A DNA stretch of 62,963 bases, the filler included, from Bigelowiella natans CCMP2755 (lineage: Eukaryota > Protista > Cercozoa): the NCBI GenBank assembly GCA_000320545.1. It is 4 parts of 4 records of this genome, joined end to end, with 100 filler letters (N's around TTAATTAATTAA, not from the genome) between each part and the next. Parts side by side here need not be neighbours in the genome. Positions count along the whole stretch, not along the records: positions 56,950 to 62,963 come from ADNK01003339.1; 3 more parts are not named here. One strand, given 5' to 3'. Below, piece by piece: positions 59,310-62,963 of this stretch. The first letter of the stretch is position 1, and each line of letters starts with the position of its first letter. A model generated the notes under the pieces. It was not told the DNA's origin. It searched no databases and worked only from the letters and a program-made list of their open reading frames with translations. The position numbers and the translations under genes were made by a program.

Positions 59310-60785
59310 TCTCCTTCCTTATCCCTCTTCCTAATCTCCAGAGCGCTTCTTGTTTTGAAGAAGAAGAAGTATCTCGAGACCCTCGTCGTGAGAACAGACA
59401 AGGCCTTACTCAACGTAGAGAAGCTGGTAATAATTGCAAAATGCGGGATAAGAGCGCGGCCAGGGATGAGCGCGCCGTTTAGCGATATTTCTCACGTTCC
59501 GTCCTTATGAACGTGTTCCCATCCATAACGGGAGATTGATCGGTGAGGTAGCAACAATCATACTCTGTGATGACACAGGTCGATTCTATCGAGTATGCGT
59601 CTATGCAGAAGCAGATCTTCGACGCGATGAAGGTAAGCGCACGGACGCATTCATGCACGCCATCCACCCACAAACACAACGCACAATGGATGCTTGCTCG
59701 CACACGCACACGCACACGCACACGCACACGCACACGCACACGCACACGCACACGCACACGCACACGCACACGCACATGCGGTCGCACATGCGTCTGGAGT
59801 GACCATACTATTCTCCTTTCTCCTCCTCTCGTTTCTTCCCATCTAGGCCGGAAACGAATGCCTGCAGCAGATAAATAGCGAGATCTCTGTGGAAGAGGTA
59901 AAAGGCGTTGATTGGCGTCATTGTGGCCAGAAACTCTGTTTCAGCGTGCGCGCAGAGCGACGAATCCAAACCCCTCACCTAGCACGCACAACCACATAGC
60001 ACACGAATGATAATGTGTATAATTACCATTGGGAAGGTTGAAAAGTTGATGGAGGATACCGAAGAGGCCATCGCGTACCAGGATCAGGTAGAATAGAAGC
60101 AAGCCGTAACGCATTGGCCGATAGTGCCATCGTAGTCATTCTCGCAGGATTGAGGCTGAATTAAGTTCTACCTGTTTCAGGTGAGCAACGTCCTCGCCGG
60201 CAGCCTCTCCAACGAAGACGTCTCCGATGTCAACGAGGAGCTGGCGCAACTCGAGAAAGAGGTGATGATTAATGAAAGGGAAGTGCAGGGATGGGGGGGA
60301 GGGTTGGTGGGCAGGAGGAGAGGATGGTGGTGGTATGGGGAGAGAAGAAGGAGAGACAGCACGATTTTGAATTCCTCGAAGACAGGCAAAACAAACCAAC
60401 CGCTTTCGTCGTGTTTTTCCAACTAATATGTCAAGAATGCACGCAGCATTGTGCAATAATCATGGATGGTGCGAGCAGCTTTGTGGGATGAGATAGCAAG
60501 AAATGCGGGTTTTGGGAGTTGTTTGGTTAATATCGCAACGCATCGAAGCGGCCGCTGATGTGTCCCAACTTCCACGGAAACCTGCCTTCTTCTCTTTGCA
60601 TGTATCCTCAGGATGCCGAATTGCGCGCGCTGGAACTTGGAGACCAGCTACCTGAAGTGCCTGTGACGACGAAGAAAGATGTACAGCAGCAGCAGCAGCC
60701 TGATGACGATCAAAAGGTGCCGGCCGTCGTGCCAGCGGCGTCTAAGAATAGCGCCAGCAACAAGAAGCAGGTCGTACTTCAGTAA
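58612..60785 (+). CDS. VPS20: ESCRT-III subunit VPS20/CHMP6
   Basis: MGILFGKK...KIT|[61 protein letters not shown]; myristoylation-type MG start. Confidence 0.92.
59698..59776. repeat. (CACACG)n hexamer microsatellite in a VPS20 intron; one of dozens of intronic (TA)n, (CA)n, (GA)n, (TAG)n, (GAG)n, (GAT)n tracts in the window
   Basis: Directly visible tandem units. Confidence 0.95.
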
Positions 60786-61837
60786 AATTTGACTTTAAAC
60801 GTGTATCGGTTAATGATGCACTCTTTCTGCTCTAGTGCTGGTGCGTGCGTTGTCGCGCGCGCGGCTCGATCCATCCAATTATCTATAACAATAAACTTAT
60901 TACCTTTTACGCATCGTGTTTTCATTGGTTCTGCAATGGCCCTTGCTGGCTTGCCTGATCGCTGCTAGAAATGATATGTATATGGCATGGCATGCTATGG
61001 CGCGTACAAGGCAGACGACCATGCTAGCATGGAGGAAATATAGACGCACTACAAGCGTTGTATATAGTTGTTATATTGTCCATGGCCAATGCATCAGTGT
61101 AGGCATATAATCATGCTGTCGATCATGTACGGCGCTGTCTGTATATAGCGTTTTTATAATGACGCTAGGATTAGATGCGGCAACGTGTACGGCAGTGTCA
61201 GTCATCATGCGATATGTGAAGTAGATACTACTGACGACACATCGTACAGATACGATGACCATTGAAGACATTCAATGACCCATTACATCCATCTTACATC
61301 GTGCGTACGGACGCACACGTCGTGTACCTATACATGTGCACACATCGCTATACTTCTGCACGTTTCACGACGACGAGGAGCAATAAGCATTGGTGTTGTA
61401 TATGTCGCATAATGCGTACATTGCAACGCTGTGTATGCATTTTAGAGACATACATAGAGTCGTGCTGCCCTGCGCACGGCTGCATAAGGTTGCATGGTAT
61501 ATATATATATATATATATATATATTTACATGTATAAATATATTATAGTATGTATACACATATCCAGCCCGTGGTGAAAAAATACGCACGCGGTAAAAAGC
61601 CTTCAATTGTTCTTTTCCCTCCAAAATTTCTTACGATATACATCTAGACATTGACACACGATGACGATCATACTTGCACACTCGCTGATCTTCGTTCACA
61701 TCGCTTCCGAAACACATTTGGATGATATGACTACCATGTCGGCTACTCAGGCGCGGGGGGGATAACAGCCCGGCGCTTGGGATACTGACCCCTCTTTCGA
61801 GGACACTACTCGATGAACTACCCAACGGTCGCTTGCC

Positions 61838-61939
61838 TCAAGACGGAGAGGTCGGGGCAGCATCGACGGCTTCTGCAGGGGATGGGGGGGGGGAGGCGGT
61901 AAGCACAGCACAAAAACACACACACAAACACACACACAC

Positions 61940-61979
<40 letters not shown>

Positions 61980-62075
61980 TTCTTCGAATGGCTACTAACC
62001 TGCAGTCTTTGTCGCTGCTGCTGATTTGTGCTCTGCTGCTGCCGATGTTGGCGCTGCCTCTGCTACTGCCTCCAC

Positions 62076-62111
<36 letters not shown>

Positions 62112-62963
62112 GGGTGGTGGTGGTGGTGGTGGTGGCGACCACTGCTCTGCGTCCTTCTCCTTTTGGCCTTCTTCGTCTTCCTCTAAGCTGCTGCTGCCGC
62201 CGCCGCCGCCTTGTCCCTGCTCGAGAACATCAGTGGCCGGTGCAGTCGGGGGTGATGACGAGACGATGTTAGCACCGCAATCATCATCATCGCCACCATC
62301 ATCATTATCACCGCCATCCTGGTGGACCCCCGCCTCCACTTTCCTTGGGATACTGCTGTTGCTGCTGCCCTGCCCCTCTTCCTGCTGTGTAGTAGCTGGT
62401 GTCGCCGGAGATGTCGGGTTGGGGGGGGTCGGCAAGGGCTCGTTGTTACTCCTACCAGGAGTGCTATTGCTGCTGTCTTTGAGCTTCCCCTCTGCCTCCC
62501 TACCCCTCTCCTCGCCATCCTCCTTCTTCTTCACTCCCACCACCTTTTCCTCCCCCTCCTCTTCCACTTCCATGCTTTCTTCTGCGTCACCGTTGCTTGG
62601 CGCAGCAGGGGCGGCGGCGGCTGCAACCGCTGCAGGAGCACCGTCACCCTCAGCGGCCTGGTGAGGAGGACTCGGAGGAAGACTAGGCTGATGATGGCCA
62701 TTCTCGCCACTCTGGGCACCAACAACCTTGCTGTCAGAGGGAATGGGGGCGGCGGCGACCGGAATTGAACTAGCAGCAGCAGCAGCACTGCTATTACTGC
62801 TACTGCTACTACTACTACTACTACTACTAGCAGCTGCTACTACCCCGCCCCTGCTATTACTGACGTTTGCCACGACAGAAGCGGTCATTGCTGTATCACC
62901 AGCAGCAGCAGAAACAGGCGCCGTGCTAGACGCAGAAGCAGCAGCAGCAGAACTACTACTAGT
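61838..62963 (-). CDS. 3' end of a gene with a long low-complexity (A/S/E/P-rich) C-terminus
   Basis: The open frame runs from the window edge to ...AAATKTA, then a GT-AG intron, then EAVDAAPTSPS*. No recognisable domain. Confidence 0.6.

Overview
Gene-dense, intron-rich eukaryotic nuclear DNA: four contigs joined by three 100-nt N/TTAATTAATTAA spacers. Polyubiquitin carries a Ser inserted between monomers, a known Rhizaria/Cercozoa signature. Several genes encode plastid proteins (stromal processing peptidase, ABC1 kinase, ABA4-like), two with apparent signal+transit leaders. The source is therefore most likely a chlorarachniophyte alga (inference). Manual splicing supports about 24 genes, several invisible in the ORF track (mS33, DUF1757-like, membrane-anchored atypical thioredoxin, PTPDC1, ABA4-like, TMA46). 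The main surprises are architectural and mutational. (1) Gene orientation alternates almost perfectly within each contig. (2) Head-to-head spacers are short and share a TGCGACA motif. (3) Tail-to-tail spacers are rich in CTAG/CATG/TGCA and share a short dispersed element. (4) The one slot where alternation breaks holds a ~1 kb segment almost free of TpA (2 in ~1000 nt). Together these suggest a possibly undescribed TpA->TpG/CpA mutational process acting on silent DNA and sparing CTAG. All counts and exon models are manual; no database searches were run.
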